In this document: positions 9,517 through 20,714 of the stretch, in pieces
Layout of the letters: each line of letters begins with the position of its first letter
Position numbering within the stretch: position 1 is the first letter of the stretch
Origin: Candidatus Eiseniibacteriota bacterium
GTDB taxonomy: Bacteria > Eisenbacteria > RBG-16-71-46 > JABDJR01
Reading direction: 5' to 3'
Assembly: GCA_963762255.1 (NCBI GenBank)
Contig: CAVXKA010000002.1
Coordinates: forward strand, 1-64,000
Length of the DNA stretch: 64,000 nucleotides
The notes under the pieces: model-generated
The model's input: only the letters and a program-made list of their open reading frames with translations
Databases searched by the model: none
Told to the model about the DNA's origin: nothing
Translations under genes and position numbers: made by a program

Positions 9517-11690
9517 TTGAGTCTTCTCGAAGCGCTCAACGACCGCCAGCGCGAGGCGGTCCTCTGCACCGAGGGCCCGCTCCTGGTCCTGGCCGGCGCG
9601 GGAAGCGGCAAGACCCGCGTCCTCACCTTCCGCATCGCGCATCTCGTCCACGACCTCGGCGTGGAGCCGCGCGCCATCCTCGCCTTCACCTTCACCAACA
9701 AGGCGGCGGGGGAGATGCGGGAGCGCGTGTCGGGGCTCCTCGGCGGGTCCCCGCGCGATCTGTGGGTGGGCACCTTCCACGCCACCGGCGTGCGCATCCT
9801 GCGGCTCAAGGGGCAGAAGATCGGCATCGATCCCGGCTTCTCGATCTACGACACCGACGACCAGGAGTCGCTGGTCAAGCGCATCCTCAAGGAACTTCAG
9901 TTGGCCGAGAAGGATCTCACGCCCAAGGCGGCGCGCTCGGCGATCTCCGCGGCGAAGAACGCGCTCGTCTCGCCGACGGAGTTCGAAGAGCGCGGCGCAG
10001 ACGTTTCGCGACGAGAAGCGTGGCCACGGATCTACCGCGAGTACGCGACCCGGCTGCGCGCGGCCAACGCGCTCGACTTCGACGATCTCATCGGCGAGCC
10101 GATCCGCCTCTTCGAGGAGCACCCGCGACGTCAGCGATCTCTTCGCCGAGCGCTTCCGCTACGTGCTGGTGGACGAGTACCAGGACACCAACGCGGCCCA
10201 GGTGAGGCTGATCGGGCACCTCGCCTCCGAGCACCGCAACCTCTGCGTGGTGGGCGACGACGATCAGTCGATCTACGGATGGCGCGGCGCCGACATCGGC
10301 AACATCCTGTCTTTCGAGCGCATGTACCCCGATGCCAAGGTCATCCGCCTGGAGCAGAACTACCGCTCGACCTCGACCATTCTCGACGCCGCCAACGCGG
10401 TCGTGCGCAACAACCGGGCCCGCAAAGAGAAGACCCTCTGGACGGATCGGGCGGGCGGCGATTGCCTTCGCCTCACCCTGGTCGGCGATGCGGAGGAAGA
10501 GGCGCTGAGGGTGGTGCGTACGGTGGCCGGAGAGGTGAACCGCGAGGGGGTGCCGCTTCGCGAGGTTGGCGATCCTCTACCGCACCAACGCCCAGAGCCG
10601 CGCGCTCGAGACCGCGTTCCGCAACGCCGCGATGCCGTACGAGCTGGTGGGAGGCACCGCGTTCTACCAGCGGCGCGAGGTGAAGGATCTGATCGCGTAC
10701 CTGCGGCTCCTGGTGAACGACCAGGACGACGTCGCGTTTCTTCGCGTCGTGAACGTCCCGAAACGGGGGATCGGCGATGCGTCGATCGAGCGCTTGCAGC
10801 TTCGCGCGTATCAAGCGGGCACGAGCCTCTACCGCTCGCTGGAGGCGGTGGACGAGGCCCTGGAGATTCCACCCGGCGCCAGGAAGAAGCTGAGCGAGTT
10901 CCGGGCGATGCTCGAGGAGCTGCGCGCCCGGGCGGATGAACGCGTGGACGCCGTGCTGAAAGAGGTGGTGGAGCGCACGGGGTACCTCGATTTTCTCGAC
11001 CACGACGATCCCGATACCGCCGGCGACCGCGGGGAGAACGTGGAGGAGTTGGTGGCCGGCGCGCGCATCTTTGCCGAGCGAAGCGAGACGACCGACGTGG
11101 GTTCTTTCCTGAACGAGGTGTCGCTCCTCACCGACGTGGATCGCATGGACGACGCCGCCGAGAAGGTGCGGCTCATGACCATCCACAACGCCAAGGGTCT
11201 CGAGTTCCGCGTGGTCTGCCTGTCGGGACTCGAGGAAGGCCTGCTTCCCCATGTCTCCTCCATGGACGACCCGGATTCCCTGGAAGAGGAGCGTCGCCTG
11301 TTCTACGTGGCGCTGACTCGCGCGAAAGATCGCGTGCACCTCTTCTCGGCGATGAGCCGGCAGCGCTGGGGCGGAGTCAGCGTTGCCCTCCTCTCGCGCT
11401 TCGCGCAGGAGATTCCCGAGAAGCTGGTGGAGATCGAAGAGACCCCGCGAGGATGGGGAGGAGCCGCGCCCTCTCGGCGGTTCATGCGCGAGAGCGAGCC
11501 GGAGGTCGTCGAGGCGGGCCCGCGGCGGACGCTGGGCACGATCATCCACCCCACCTTCGGGCGTGGCGATGTGGTCGGGCAGGAGGGACGCGGCCCGGAC
11601 GCGCGGCTCGTGGTCGTCTTCGCCGGCAACATCAAGAAGAAGATCGTCGCGCGCTACGCGCAGTGGGAAGACAGCCATGTCGATTTCTAG
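9517..11690 (+). CDS. uvrD: ATP-dependent DNA helicase UvrD/PcrA (frameshifts near 10125 and 10555)
   Basis: AGAGSGKT, TFTNKAA, VDEYQDTN, VGDDDQSIYGWRGA, LEQNYRST, AILYRTNAQSR, TIHNAKGLEF, EERRLFYVALTRAK and a C-terminal Tudor-like HPTFGRG. Confidence 0.95.
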
Positions 11691-11767
11691 CGGGGGCGCG
11701 AGCGGGACGGTGTGAGCGATCGCAGGAGACCGTGAGCTGGCGCGAGACGCCGGAAAGGGATCGGCCG

Positions 11768-13045
11768 ATGCGGGGACTCAAGGTGCTGGTCGTGGGCGCG
11801 GGGGGGCGCGAGCACGCGCTGGTCTGGGCGATCGGCGAGAGCGCCTCGGTGGGTGAGGTGCATGCGGCGCCGGGGAATCCAGGCATCGCGGAGATCGCCG
11901 CCCTGCGCGACGTCGCCGCCGGCGATCTGGACGGACTCGAGCGTCTCGCTGTCAGGGAGCAGTACGACCTCGTGGTGATCGGACCCGAGCAGCCGCTGGC
12001 GGAGGGCCTCGGCGACCGCTTGCGCGCGCGGGGTCTTGCCGTGTTCGGTCCGAACGCGGCGGCGGCGCGTCTGGAATCGAGCAAGGCCTTCGCCAAGGAT
12101 TTCATGCGGCGTCACCGCGTGCCGACCGCGGAGTATCTCTCCACGTCGGATCCCGCCGAGGCGGCCGCGTGCGCGCGCGCGTGGGGCGCTCCGCTGGTGG
12201 TGAAGGCTTCGGGCCTGGCCGCCGGCAAGGGCGTGATCATGGCGGAAACCGAGGCGCAGGCGCTCGACGCGGTGGAGGCGTGCTTCGCGCGGCGCGAGTT
12301 CGGCGCGGCGGGAGACACGGTCGTAGTGGAACGAAAGCTCGTGGGTGAGGAGGCGTCGCTCTTCGTTCTCACCGACGGCACGACGTTCCATCTTCTTCCC
12401 AGCGCGCAGGATCACAAGCGTGCGTACGACGGCGACGCGGGTCCGAACACCGGTGGCATGGGGGCCTATAGTCCGGCGCCGATCGTGACGCAGACGGTGC
12501 GCGAGCAGGTGCGGCGGGCAGTGGTGGAGCCGGTGCTGGCCGGGCTGCGCGACGAGGGGATGCCCTATCGCGGGTTGCTCTACATCGGTCTCATGCTCAC
12601 CGCCGACGGTCCCCAAGTGCTGGAGTTCAACGTGCGCTTCGGCGATCCGGAAACACAAGCGGTGCTACCGCGGCTCGGCGGCGACTTGGCCGCGCTCCTC
12701 CATCAAGCGGGGCGAGGCGAACTCGACCCGCGTCCGCTGCCCGAGCCCGCCCATGCCGCGTCGGCGTGTGTGGTGGCCGCCGCTGCCGACTATCCGCGGG
12801 CGGGGTCGAAGGGGCTTCCCATCACCGGCATCGAAGCGGCTCGCGCTCGCGGCGCCCTGGTGTTTCATGCGGGCACCGCACGGGACGGGGGGCGGCTCGT
12901 CACCTCCGGCGGGCGCGTGCTGAACGTGGTGGGGGTGGGGAAGGACCTGCAACAGGCGCTGGCCGTCGCGTACGCGGGGATCGATGCGGTGCGTTTCGAA
13001 GGTATGCGCTATCGTCGGGATATCGGATACCGCGCGCTGCGATGA
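11768..13045 (+). CDS. purD: phosphoribosylamine-glycine ligase
   Basis: VLVVGAGGREHAL, APGNPG, LESSKAFAK, GLAAGKGV, QDHKR, GPNTGGMGAY, EFNVRFGDPE, TSGGRVL. Confidence 0.97.
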   Translation: MRGLKVLVVGAGGREHALVWAIGESASVGEVHAAPGNPGIAEIAALRDVAAGDLDGLERLAVREQYDLVVIGPEQPLAEGLGDRLRARGLAVFGPNAAAARLESSKAFAKDFMRRHRVPTAEYLSTSDPAEAAACARAWGAPLVVKASGLAAGKGVIMAETEAQALDAVEACFARREFGAAGDTVVVERKLVGEEASLFVLTDGTTFHLLPSAQDHKRAYDGDAGPNTGGMGAYSPAPIVTQTVREQVRRAVVEPVLAGLRDEGMPYRGLLYIGLMLTADGPQVLEFNVRFGDPETQAVLPRLGGDLAALLHQAGRGELDPRPLPEPAHAASACVVAAAADYPRAGSKGLPITGIEAARARGALVFHAGTARDGGRLVTSGGRVLNVVGVGKDLQQALAVAYAGIDAVRFEGMRYRRDIGYRALR

Positions 13046-13118
13046 CGGGTCGCGCGGGATGACGTAGGATCGCGGCGGGCGCCGGCGAACGGCGGGCGAA
13101 CAGCGGGAGGAGCAGCCG

Positions 13119-13580
13119 ATGGCGGAACCCAAGGTGGCTGTGCTCATGGGAAGCGAGTCGGATCGCACGCGCATGGAAGGCGCGGCGCAGGTTCTCGACG
13201 AGCTCGAGATCCCCTACGAGATGCACGTGATGAGCGCACATCGCGCACCCGCCAAGGTGGCGGACTTCGCGGCGGGCGCGGCCGGACGAGGCATCTGCGT
13301 CCTCATCGCCGCCGCCGGCATGGCCAATCACCTGGCCGGTGCGGTGGCCGCGCGCACGATCCTTCCCGTGATCGGGGTGCCGCTCGACGCGTCGTCGCTC
13401 GGCGGATTGGACGCGCTGCTCGCTACCGTGCAAATGCCTTCCGGAGTGCCCGTGGCGACGGTGGCGGTCGGCGGCGCGGGGGCGAAGAACGCGGCGTGGC
13501 TGGCCGCGCAGATCCTCGCGTTGAGCGATGCCGGTCTCGCCGAGAAATTGCGCGCACGGCGGGAGCCCTCCGATGGTTGA
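13119..13580 (+). CDS. purE: N5-CAIR mutase PurE
   Basis: [45 protein letters not shown]. Confidence 0.96.
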   Translation: MAEPKVAVLMGSESDRTRMEGAAQVLDELEIPYEMHVMSAHRAPAKVADFAAGAAGRGICVLIAAAGMANHLAGAVAARTILPVIGVPLDASSLGGLDALLATVQMPSGVPVATVAVGGAGAKNAAWLAAQILALSDAGLAEKLRARREPSDG

Positions 13581-13600
13581 CGCGCGGCGAGAGGCTGGTC

Positions 13601-14233
13601 ATGACTGACGCGGCGCGGGTCGCGATCGATCTCGCGCACCCGGACGGCGACGTGCTCGAGCGAGCGGCGCGCGTGCTCTGCGCGGGTGAGTTGGTGGCCG
13701 CGCCGAGCGATACCGTGTACGGACTTCTCGCGTTGCCTCGCAGTGAAGCGGCGCGCGCTCGGCTCGCTCACGTGAAGGAGCGTCCGGGACCTTTCATCGT
13801 GCTCGTCCGTTCGTGGGAAGAGGCGCGCTCGTGGACCCGGGACGTATCCGAAGCGAAGTGGATGCGGTTGCGCCGCGTGTGGCCGGGTCCGGTGACCGTG
13901 ATTCTTCCCACCGCGCCGAGCATGCCGGGGGCGGAAAGCGGAGGGATCGCGCTTCGCATGCCGCGCTCCCGCTTCCTGCGAGATCTTCTGCGCGCGGTCG
14001 GGGAGCCTCTGTTCTCAACCAGCGCGAACCGGGCGGGAACCCCCGTTCCGCTCGTCGCGGACGACGTGGCGGCGGCGCTGGGTGCGGAGATCGCGCTCAT
14101 CCTCGACGGTGGGGCTGCGGATTCCCGTGAACCTTCCACCATCGTGGATTGGACAGCGCCTGAGGCCAAATTGGTTCGATCGGGACGCGGTGATGCGGGG
14201 CCTCTCCTTGACCTAAGCCCCCGAGAAACCTAG
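13601..14233 (+). CDS. tsaC: L-threonylcarbamoyladenylate synthase (TsaC/YrdC/Sua5 family)
   Basis: [42 protein letters not shown]. Confidence 0.9.
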   Translation: MTDAARVAIDLAHPDGDVLERAARVLCAGELVAAPSDTVYGLLALPRSEAARARLAHVKERPGPFIVLVRSWEEARSWTRDVSEAKWMRLRRVWPGPVTVILPTAPSMPGAESGGIALRMPRSRFLRDLLRAVGEPLFSTSANRAGTPVPLVADDVAAALGAEIALILDGGAADSREPSTIVDWTAPEAKLVRSGRGDAGPLLDLSPRET

Positions 14234-14243
14234 ACTTTCATTG

Positions 14244-14750
14244 ATGGCAACCTCCCGACCCTTCCAGGTGCTCTTCCTGTGCACCGGCAATATCTGTCGG
14301 AGCCCGATGGCGGAAGGCATCCTGAAGGGAATCCTCTCCCCGAGGGCACTCTCCAAGACCGTCATCACGTCGGCGGGAGTCGCCGCCATCGCCGGGATTC
14401 CCGCCAGCGAGCACGCCATCACCGTCTGCGCGGAGAATGGCTACGACATCAGCGAACACCGCTCCCGACCTCTCACGCAGTTTCTCGTCGAGGAGTGCAA
14501 CTTGATCCTGGCCATGGAGGAGCACCATCGAGTGGCTGCGGTGCGGCTCGCCCCTACCTACGCCCGACGCGTCCATCTCCTGAGCCGCTACGCCGCGGGG
14601 GACTCGCATGCGCCCCCTCTCGGAGTTCCCGATCCGATCGGCGGGGATTTCGAGGAGTATCAGTCCGTGTTCAGCCGGATCGAAGGCTACGTGACGCAGG
14701 CGCTGCCTCGGATCGAAGAGGAGATCCTGGCGGGCGCCATGGAGACCTAA
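14244..14750 (+). CDS. low-molecular-weight protein phosphatase (LMW-PTP family)
   Basis: P-loop CTGNICRSPMAE, ITSAGV, HRSRPL, DP general-acid motif (VPDPIGG). Confidence 0.92.
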   Translation: MATSRPFQVLFLCTGNICRSPMAEGILKGILSPRALSKTVITSAGVAAIAGIPASEHAITVCAENGYDISEHRSRPLTQFLVEECNLILAMEEHHRVAAVRLAPTYARRVHLLSRYAAGDSHAPPLGVPDPIGGDFEEYQSVFSRIEGYVTQALPRIEEEILAGAMET

Positions 14751-14751
14751 C

Positions 14752-15714
14752 ATGGGCATTCCTGCCTCCCCCAAGCCGCTAGCCGAATTCATCTGGTTCG
14801 ACGGAGACCTCGTTCCGTGGGCCGACGCGCGCGTGCACGTGCTGAGCCATGTGCTGCACTACGGGAGCAGTGTCTTCGAGGGGATCCGCTGCTACGAGAC
14901 CCCGGAAGGACCGGCGGTGTTCCGGCTGCAGGACCACATCGATCGCCTCTTCTTTTCGGCGCGAGTCCTTCGCATGGAGATGCCCTTCACGCCGGAGGTG
15001 CTCCACGAGGCGTGCCTCGAAACGATTCGCCGCAACGAGTTCCTGAGCTGCTACATCCGCCCGCTCGTCTTCCGCGGCGCCGGCGCGATGGGCGTGCTGC
15101 CGCGAGATTGCCCGTCGCACGCGATGATCGCCACCTGGCCCTGGGGCGCCTACCTGGGCAAGGAAGGCCTCGAGGAAGGGATCGACGTGATGGTCTCGAG
15201 CTGGCAGAAGATGTCTCCCAACTCGATTCCGCCGCTGGCCAAGATCGGCGGCGCCTACGTCGTGGGCTCGCTGGCCAAGATGGAAGCGGTGCGGCTGGGC
15301 TATTCCGAGGCGCTCCTCCTCGACGGCGAGGGGCGAGTCGCCGAGGGAACCGGCGAGAACCTCTTCGCGGTGATCACCGGCCGGCTCCAGACCCCGCCGC
15401 TCAGCAATTCCGTGCTCTGCGGGATCACGCGCCGCAGCATCATGCAGCTCGCCGAGGAGAAGGGGATGCAGGTGGTGGAGCAGCCGATCGGCCGAGGCGC
15501 CCTCTACATGGCCGAGGAGTTGTTCTTCACCGGCACCGCCGCCGAGGTCACTCCCATCCGTAGCGTGGACGGAATTCCGGTCGGGGACGGGAAGGTGGGT
15601 CCCATCACGCGGGGCTTGCAGCAGGATTTCTTCAACATCGTCAACGGCCGCGTGCCCGATAGCCACAAGTGGCTGACCCTCGCGCGCAAAACCACCGGCG
15701 CGCGCCGCTCCTAG
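14752..15714 (+). CDS. ilvE: branched-chain amino acid aminotransferase
   Basis: [23 protein letters not shown] (PLP Lys), [20 protein letters not shown]. Confidence 0.95.
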   Translation: MGIPASPKPLAEFIWFDGDLVPWADARVHVLSHVLHYGSSVFEGIRCYETPEGPAVFRLQDHIDRLFFSARVLRMEMPFTPEVLHEACLETIRRNEFLSCYIRPLVFRGAGAMGVLPRDCPSHAMIATWPWGAYLGKEGLEEGIDVMVSSWQKMSPNSIPPLAKIGGAYVVGSLAKMEAVRLGYSEALLLDGEGRVAEGTGENLFAVITGRLQTPPLSNSVLCGITRRSIMQLAEEKGMQVVEQPIGRGALYMAEELFFTGTAAEVTPIRSVDGIPVGDGKVGPITRGLQQDFFNIVNGRVPDSHKWLTLARKTTGARRS

Positions 15715-15733
15715 GCCCGCCGGCGAGGGTGTC

Positions 15734-16981
15734 ATGATGTCTCATCTGGATCGGGATCCCGAGGTCCTCGCCGCTCTGCGGGGCGAACTCGAACGCCAGC
15801 GCCGGACGCTGGAGATGATCGCCAGCGAGAACTTCACCAGCCCGGCGGTGCTCGAGGCGGTGGGCTCGGTGCTCACCAACAAGTACGCCGAGGGATATCC
15901 CGGAAAGCGCTACTACGGCGGCTGCGAGTTCGCGGACGCGGTGGAGCAGTTGGCCCGGGAACGCGCGAAGCGCCTGTTCGGCGCGGAGCATGCCAACGTG
16001 CAGCCGCACTCGGGCTCCACCGCGAACATGACCGCCTACTTCTCGGTGCTCAACCCCGGCGACCGGATCCTCGGCATGAACCTCGCGCACGGCGGGCACC
16101 TCACCCACGGCCACAAGGTGAACTTCAGCGGGCGCTTCTTCGAGGTGCACCAGTACGGCGTGTCGCAGGAGACCGGGCGCATCGACTACGACGCGCTGCG
16201 GGCGAAGGCCATCGAGGTCCGTCCCAAGCTCATCATCGCCGGGGCCAGCGCCTACCCGCGTACGATCGATTTCGATGCCTTCCGGCGGGTGGCCGACGAG
16301 GTGGGAGCGCTCTTCCTGGTGGACATGGCCCACATCGCCGGGCTGGTGGCCGGCGGCGCGCATCCCAACCCGACGCCGCTCGCCGACATCGTGACCAGCA
16401 CCACGCACAAGACCCTGCGCGGGCCGCGAAGCGGGTTCATCCTGTGCCGGGAAGGGCTCGCCAAAGACGTCGATCGGGTGAACTTCCCGGGCATGCAGGG
16501 CGGTCCGCTCGTTCACGTGATCGCCGGAAAGGCGGTGTGTTTCGGCGAGGCCCTGCTCCCCGAGTTCGGCGACTACGCCCGGCAGGTGACGGCCAACGCG
16601 CGAACCCTCGCCGAGGGACTTCTCGGTCGCGGGTTCAACCTGGTGAGCGGCGGCACCGACAACCATCTCATCCTGGTCGATCTGCGCTCCAAGGGACTCA
16701 CCGGCGTCAAGGCCGAGCAGGCGCTGGAGCGCGCGGGCATCACGGTGAACAAGAACGCGGTTCCCTTCGACACCGAGAAGCCGACCATCACGAGCGGGAT
16801 CCGGGTGGGGACGGCGGCGCTCACCACGCGCGGCATGCGCGAGGACGCGATGCGCCGGATCGCCGAGATCATTGCGGACGTGCTGGAGGCCGCGGAGAGC
16901 GACGACGTGCGGGCCCGGGCGGCCCGCGCCACCGCCGAGCTCTCGGCGGGGTTCCCGCTGTACCCCGGACTCGAATACTGA
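15734..16981 (+). CDS. glyA: serine hydroxymethyltransferase
   Basis: [58 protein letters not shown]. Confidence 0.98.
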   Translation: MMSHLDRDPEVLAALRGELERQRRTLEMIASENFTSPAVLEAVGSVLTNKYAEGYPGKRYYGGCEFADAVEQLARERAKRLFGAEHANVQPHSGSTANMTAYFSVLNPGDRILGMNLAHGGHLTHGHKVNFSGRFFEVHQYGVSQETGRIDYDALRAKAIEVRPKLIIAGASAYPRTIDFDAFRRVADEVGALFLVDMAHIAGLVAGGAHPNPTPLADIVTSTTHKTLRGPRSGFILCREGLAKDVDRVNFPGMQGGPLVHVIAGKAVCFGEALLPEFGDYARQVTANARTLAEGLLGRGFNLVSGGTDNHLILVDLRSKGLTGVKAEQALERAGITVNKNAVPFDTEKPTITSGIRVGTAALTTRGMREDAMRRIAEIIADVLEAAESDDVRARAARATAELSAGFPLYPGLEY

Positions 16982-18179
16982 TGCCCGAGGATCTCGCGAG
17001 CCGGGGAGGCGCTCCAGTCCGCGGCGACTTCCTGCCCTACGCGCTTCCGCAGTTCGGCGACGAGGAGAAGCGCGAGGTCCTGGAGGTTCTCGATTCGGGG
17101 TGGATCACCACCGGCCCGCGGGTGAAGCGGTTCGAGGCGGAACTGGCCCTGGCCGTGCATGCCAAGCACGTGGTGTGCGTGGACTCGTGCACCGCCGCGC
17201 TGCACATCGCGCTGGCGTCGCTCGATCTGAAGCCGGGCGACGAGGTCATCACCTCGCCGCTCACCTTCTGCAGCACCGTGAACACGATCGTGCACGCGGG
17301 GGGCACACCGGTGTTGGCCGACGTCGAGCCGGACACGCTCAACCTCGATCCGGCTCGCATGGAGGCCGCGATCACGTCGCGCACGCGCGCGGTGATGCCG
17401 GTCCACTTCGGCGGCCACCCTTGCGAGATGGACACGATCCTGGATACATGCCGCGCGCGCGGCATCGCGGTGATCGAGGACGCCGCGCACGCGGTGGGGG
17501 CCGCGTACAAGGGGCGCCCCGTCGGAAGCCTGGGCGACGCCACGTGCTTTTCGTTCTACGCCACCAAGAACCTCACCACCGCGGAGGGGGGCGCGCTCGC
17601 CACCGACGACGACGCCGCGGCGGAGAAGGCGCGCCTCCTCATGCTGCACGGCATGAGCCGCGACGCGTGGATGCGCTACACCTCGGCGGGCTCCTGGTTC
17701 TACGAGGTGGTGCTCCCGGGCTTCAAGTACAACATGACCGATCTCGCGGCGGCGCTGGGGCTGCACCAGCTCCGCCGCCTTCCGGAGTTCAACGAGGCGC
17801 CGGCAGGAACTTGGCGCGACGCTTCGACGAGGCGTTCCACGATCATCCGGCCATCGAGATTCCGGTGTGGCGGCCCGAGGTGGAGCACGTCTACCACCTC
17901 TACCCGATCCGGCTTCGCCTCGACCGGCTCACCGTGGACCGTGCGCGCTTCATCGACGAACTCAAGGCGGAGAACATCGGCACCACCGTCAACTTCATCC
18001 CGATCCACTACCACCCGTACTACCGCGAGCGGCTGGGCTTGAGCAAGGGATCGCTGCCGGTGGCGGAGGCCGCCTACGAGCGGCTCATCTCGCTGCCGCT
18101 CTACCCTCGAATGAGCGACGGCGACGCCGACGACGTGATCCGCGCGGTGAAGAAGATCGCCGGCGCGTTCGCGCGCTGA
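16981..18179 (+). CDS. DegT/DnrJ/EryC1/StrS sugar aminotransferase (frameshift near 17800)
   Basis: GWITTGP, SCTAALH, IEDAAHA, FSFYATKNLTTAEGG, PGFKYNMTD. The C-terminal SLPLYP lies in the second frame. Confidence 0.92.
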
Positions 18180-18203
18180 CGCGGCCCCGTCGAGTACGCG
18201 CGA

Positions 18204-18233
18204 AAGAGCCGGCCCCGAGAGGGACCGGCTCTT
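18204..18233. terminator. hairpin between convergent aminotransferase genes, likely terminator
   Basis: AAGAGCCGG-CCCC-GAGA-GGGA-CCGGCTCTT. Confidence 0.65.
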
Positions 18234-18261
18234 CCAGTCTTGCGTCTCCTGACGGAAGGGC

Positions 18262-19386
18262 TCAGGCGGGCAGTGCCCGCAGCACCTCGGCCACGCGCTC
18301 CTGATGAGCGCCCGTGATCTCTGGGTAGAGCGGCAGCGAGAAGCAGTCCGCGGCCCACGCGTCCGACACCGGCCACGATCCGTCGGTGAGGCCCAGCTTC
18401 TGGAACGCGGGCTGATCGGGAAGCGTGGTCGGGTAATGCGTGGCGGTGCCGATGCCCTGCTTGGTGATGGCCTCGGTGACCGCTTCGCGTTTGGGGTGGC
18501 GCACCACGTAGAGGTGATAGACATGCTTGGCCCCGGGGCGCTCCACCGGGAGGCGGAGCGGTTCGCCCCAGGGGGCGACCCCGGCGAGAAGCTCGCGGTA
18601 GCGCGCCGCCGCGCGCCGGCGCCCCTCGGTCCACTCGGCGATGTGGCGCAGCTTCACCGTGAGCACTGCGGCCTGGATGGCGTCGAGGCGTTCGTTCCAC
18701 CCGAGGTATCCGTGGTGGTAGCGGTCCGTGCGCCCGTGATTGGCGAGCTTGCGCACCTTGTCGGCCAGTGCCGCGTCGCGCGTGATGAAGCAGCCCGCGT
18801 CGCCCGCCGCTCCGAGGTTCTTGCTCGGATAGAACGAGAACGCGCCGGCGTCCCCGAAGGTGCCGGTCAGGACACCGTCCTGGGTGGCGAAGTGGCTCTG
18901 GGCGCAGTCCTCGAGGACGCGCAGCCCGTGCTTCTTCGCAAGGTCGACCAGGGCGGCGATGGGGGCGGGATGCCCGTAGAGGTGAACGGGAATCATCGCC
19001 TTGGTGCGCGGCGTGATCGCCTTGGCCGCCGCCACCGGGTCCATGCAGGCGGTCACCGGATCGACGTCCACGAAGACCGGCCGCGCCCCCGCGCGCACCA
19101 CGCTGGCCGCGGTGGCGATGAAGGTGAACGCGGGGACGAGAACCTCGTCCTGCGGACCCAACCCCATCGCTTCGAGGCCCAGTTGTAGGGCGGCGGTGCC
19201 GCTCTTCACCGAAACGGCGTGCGGCACGCCGAAGGCCTCGGCGTAAGCGGCCTCGAATCGATCAACGGGGGCTCCCCCCACGAACGAGGCGTTGCGAAGG
19301 ATGGGGAGCACCGCCTCGAGCAGCTCCTGCTCGATGGCTTGATGCTGGCCGGCCAGGTCGAGAAACGGAACGTTGGTCTGGGTCAT
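18262..19386 (-). CDS. DegT/DnrJ/EryC1/StrS sugar aminotransferase
   Basis: VPFLDL, SGTAAL, PVHLYG, EDCAQSH, FSFYPSKNLGAAGDAG, NERLDAIQAA, SLPLYP. True start MTQTNVPF at 19386. Confidence 0.93.
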   Translation of the reverse strand: MTQTNVPFLDLAGQHQAIEQELLEAVLPILRNASFVGGAPVDRFEAAYAEAFGVPHAVSVKSGTAALQLGLEAMGLGPQDEVLVPAFTFIATAASVVRAGARPVFVDVDPVTACMDPVAAAKAITPRTKAMIPVHLYGHPAPIAALVDLAKKHGLRVLEDCAQSHFATQDGVLTGTFGDAGAFSFYPSKNLGAAGDAGCFITRDAALADKVRKLANHGRTDRYHHGYLGWNERLDAIQAAVLTVKLRHIAEWTEGRRRAAARYRELLAGVAPWGEPLRLPVERPGAKHVYHLYVVRHPKREAVTEAITKQGIGTATHYPTTLPDQPAFQKLGLTDGSWPVSDAWAADCFSLPLYPEITGAHQERVAEVLRALPA

Positions 19387-20543
19387 GATGCCACTCCTTG
19401 GGTGAGCGACGGATCGCTCGAACGCGAGGCGAGCCGGCTTCCTATCCGGCCGCCCAAACGCCACGGCCAGAGCAGTCGGATGACCGCGGCCGCGGCGAGG
19501 ATCAGAAGGAACGGTTCCACGGTGAGCCGATAGCGCAGCGTGGTGTGGAAGGAGGCGAAGACCACGGTGAGAACCGCGGGCAAGGCGTAGAAGGGGAACA
19601 GGAGCGCGAAGCGGCGCAGGAAGAGGACCGCGCCGAGCAGCGCGAAGAGGAGCACCGGCCCCGAGATGAGGCCGGCGAGCAGAAGTCCCAAGCGACCGGC
19701 GGTGGGGTCGTTCAGGTAAAGGCCGGGAGCCAGCCACATCGCGCGCGCCTGCGCCATGTCGGTGTGCGCCCGGGGGACGGGGCCGGTATCGCCGGTCGGC
19801 CGCTCGGCGGGTTCGGCCCCGAGAAGCACGCGGCCATCCATCGCGGACACGAACATGAGCCGCCGGTCGAGTTCGTAGTTGCGATAGGTCACCGGGACGA
19901 GGACGCCCGCCGTCACCACCGTCAGGAGGAGGGCATCGCGGATGCCGCGCGCAAGCGGGGGCATCCGCAGGGCGTGCCATACCCCCAGGACCGGGGCGGT
20001 CGCGAAGACCGGGACCATGAAGCAGCCGGCTCCGCCGAGGGCGAGGCCGCCCCCGATGAGCCAGCGCCGGCCTCCGCCGTCCTGCCGGCGGTAGAGGCAG
20101 TAGACGAAGATCAGCAAGAGGGGGATGACCTGGTTCTGGGTGGTGAAGACCCCGGCCAGGTAGAGCAGATACGGATACAGGGCCATGGCCGTCCCGGCGA
20201 GCAGCCCGGTGCGCAGTCCGAAGAGGCGCGAGCTCAGGCGTACGGCGACCGCCACCGCCAAGGCGCCGAGCGCGGCCTGCACGAGGCGCAACCCGAGGAC
20301 ATCGAGGCCGAGGGCGAGTCCGGCGGCAAGGAAATAGACCTCGCCCGGAGGCAGCGCGGTGTTGGACCCCAACCACCGCCCCGCCGCCACGAGCGCCGCC
20401 TCGTTGAAGAATCCCTGTTCGTCGCTGAGGTAGAAACGGTTCTCGAAGACCGCCAACACCGCGATCGCCCGCACGGCAAACGCCAGGACGGCCAGGGAAA
20501 CCGCTGCCCGTCTCGGCGAGCCGAACAAGCGTCCCAAAAGCAT
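19383..20543 (-). CDS. ArnT/PMT-like GT-C membrane glycosyltransferase
   Basis: Multi-TM, SDE motif after TM1, PPGxxYFLA, LRLVQAALG, PVTYRNY, late RYR motif. Confidence 0.7.
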   Translation of the reverse strand: MLLGRLFGSPRRAAVSLAVLAFAVRAIAVLAVFENRFYLSDEQGFFNEAALVAAGRWLGSNTALPPGEVYFLAAGLALGLDVLGLRLVQAALGALAVAVAVRLSSRLFGLRTGLLAGTAMALYPYLLYLAGVFTTQNQVIPLLLIFVYCLYRRQDGGGRRWLIGGGLALGGAGCFMVPVFATAPVLGVWHALRMPPLARGIRDALLLTVVTAGVLVPVTYRNYELDRRLMFVSAMDGRVLLGAEPAERPTGDTGPVPRAHTDMAQARAMWLAPGLYLNDPTAGRLGLLLAGLISGPVLLFALLGAVLFLRRFALLFPFYALPAVLTVVFASFHTTLRYRLTVEPFLLILAAAAVIRLLWPWRLGGRIGSRLASRSSDPSLTQGVAS

Positions 20544-20714
20544 CGCGGCAGTATATCACCACACCCGGCGTGGACCGGAAGGGGGGAAGAGGCCGGGGCG
20601 AAGCCGGGTACGTGGAGAGGTCGCCTTGCCGCAGGGTGGGGAAGTCGATAAACTCTTTCGCCGATTCCGGCCCGCCCCTGCCGGAAGCGCCGACGCCGAT
20701 CAAGGAGGATCCCC

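Noticed and set aside
9517-11690. uvrD, tamB and degT as pseudogenes or programmed frameshifts
   Set aside because: Motifs are intact, no slippery sites are evident, and indels are concentrated in one part of the window, so sequencing error is more likely.
18262-20703. 813-aa ORF as a fusion protein
   Set aside because: The N-terminal part is an off-frame read-through of the ArnT-like gene. The real aminotransferase starts at 19386.
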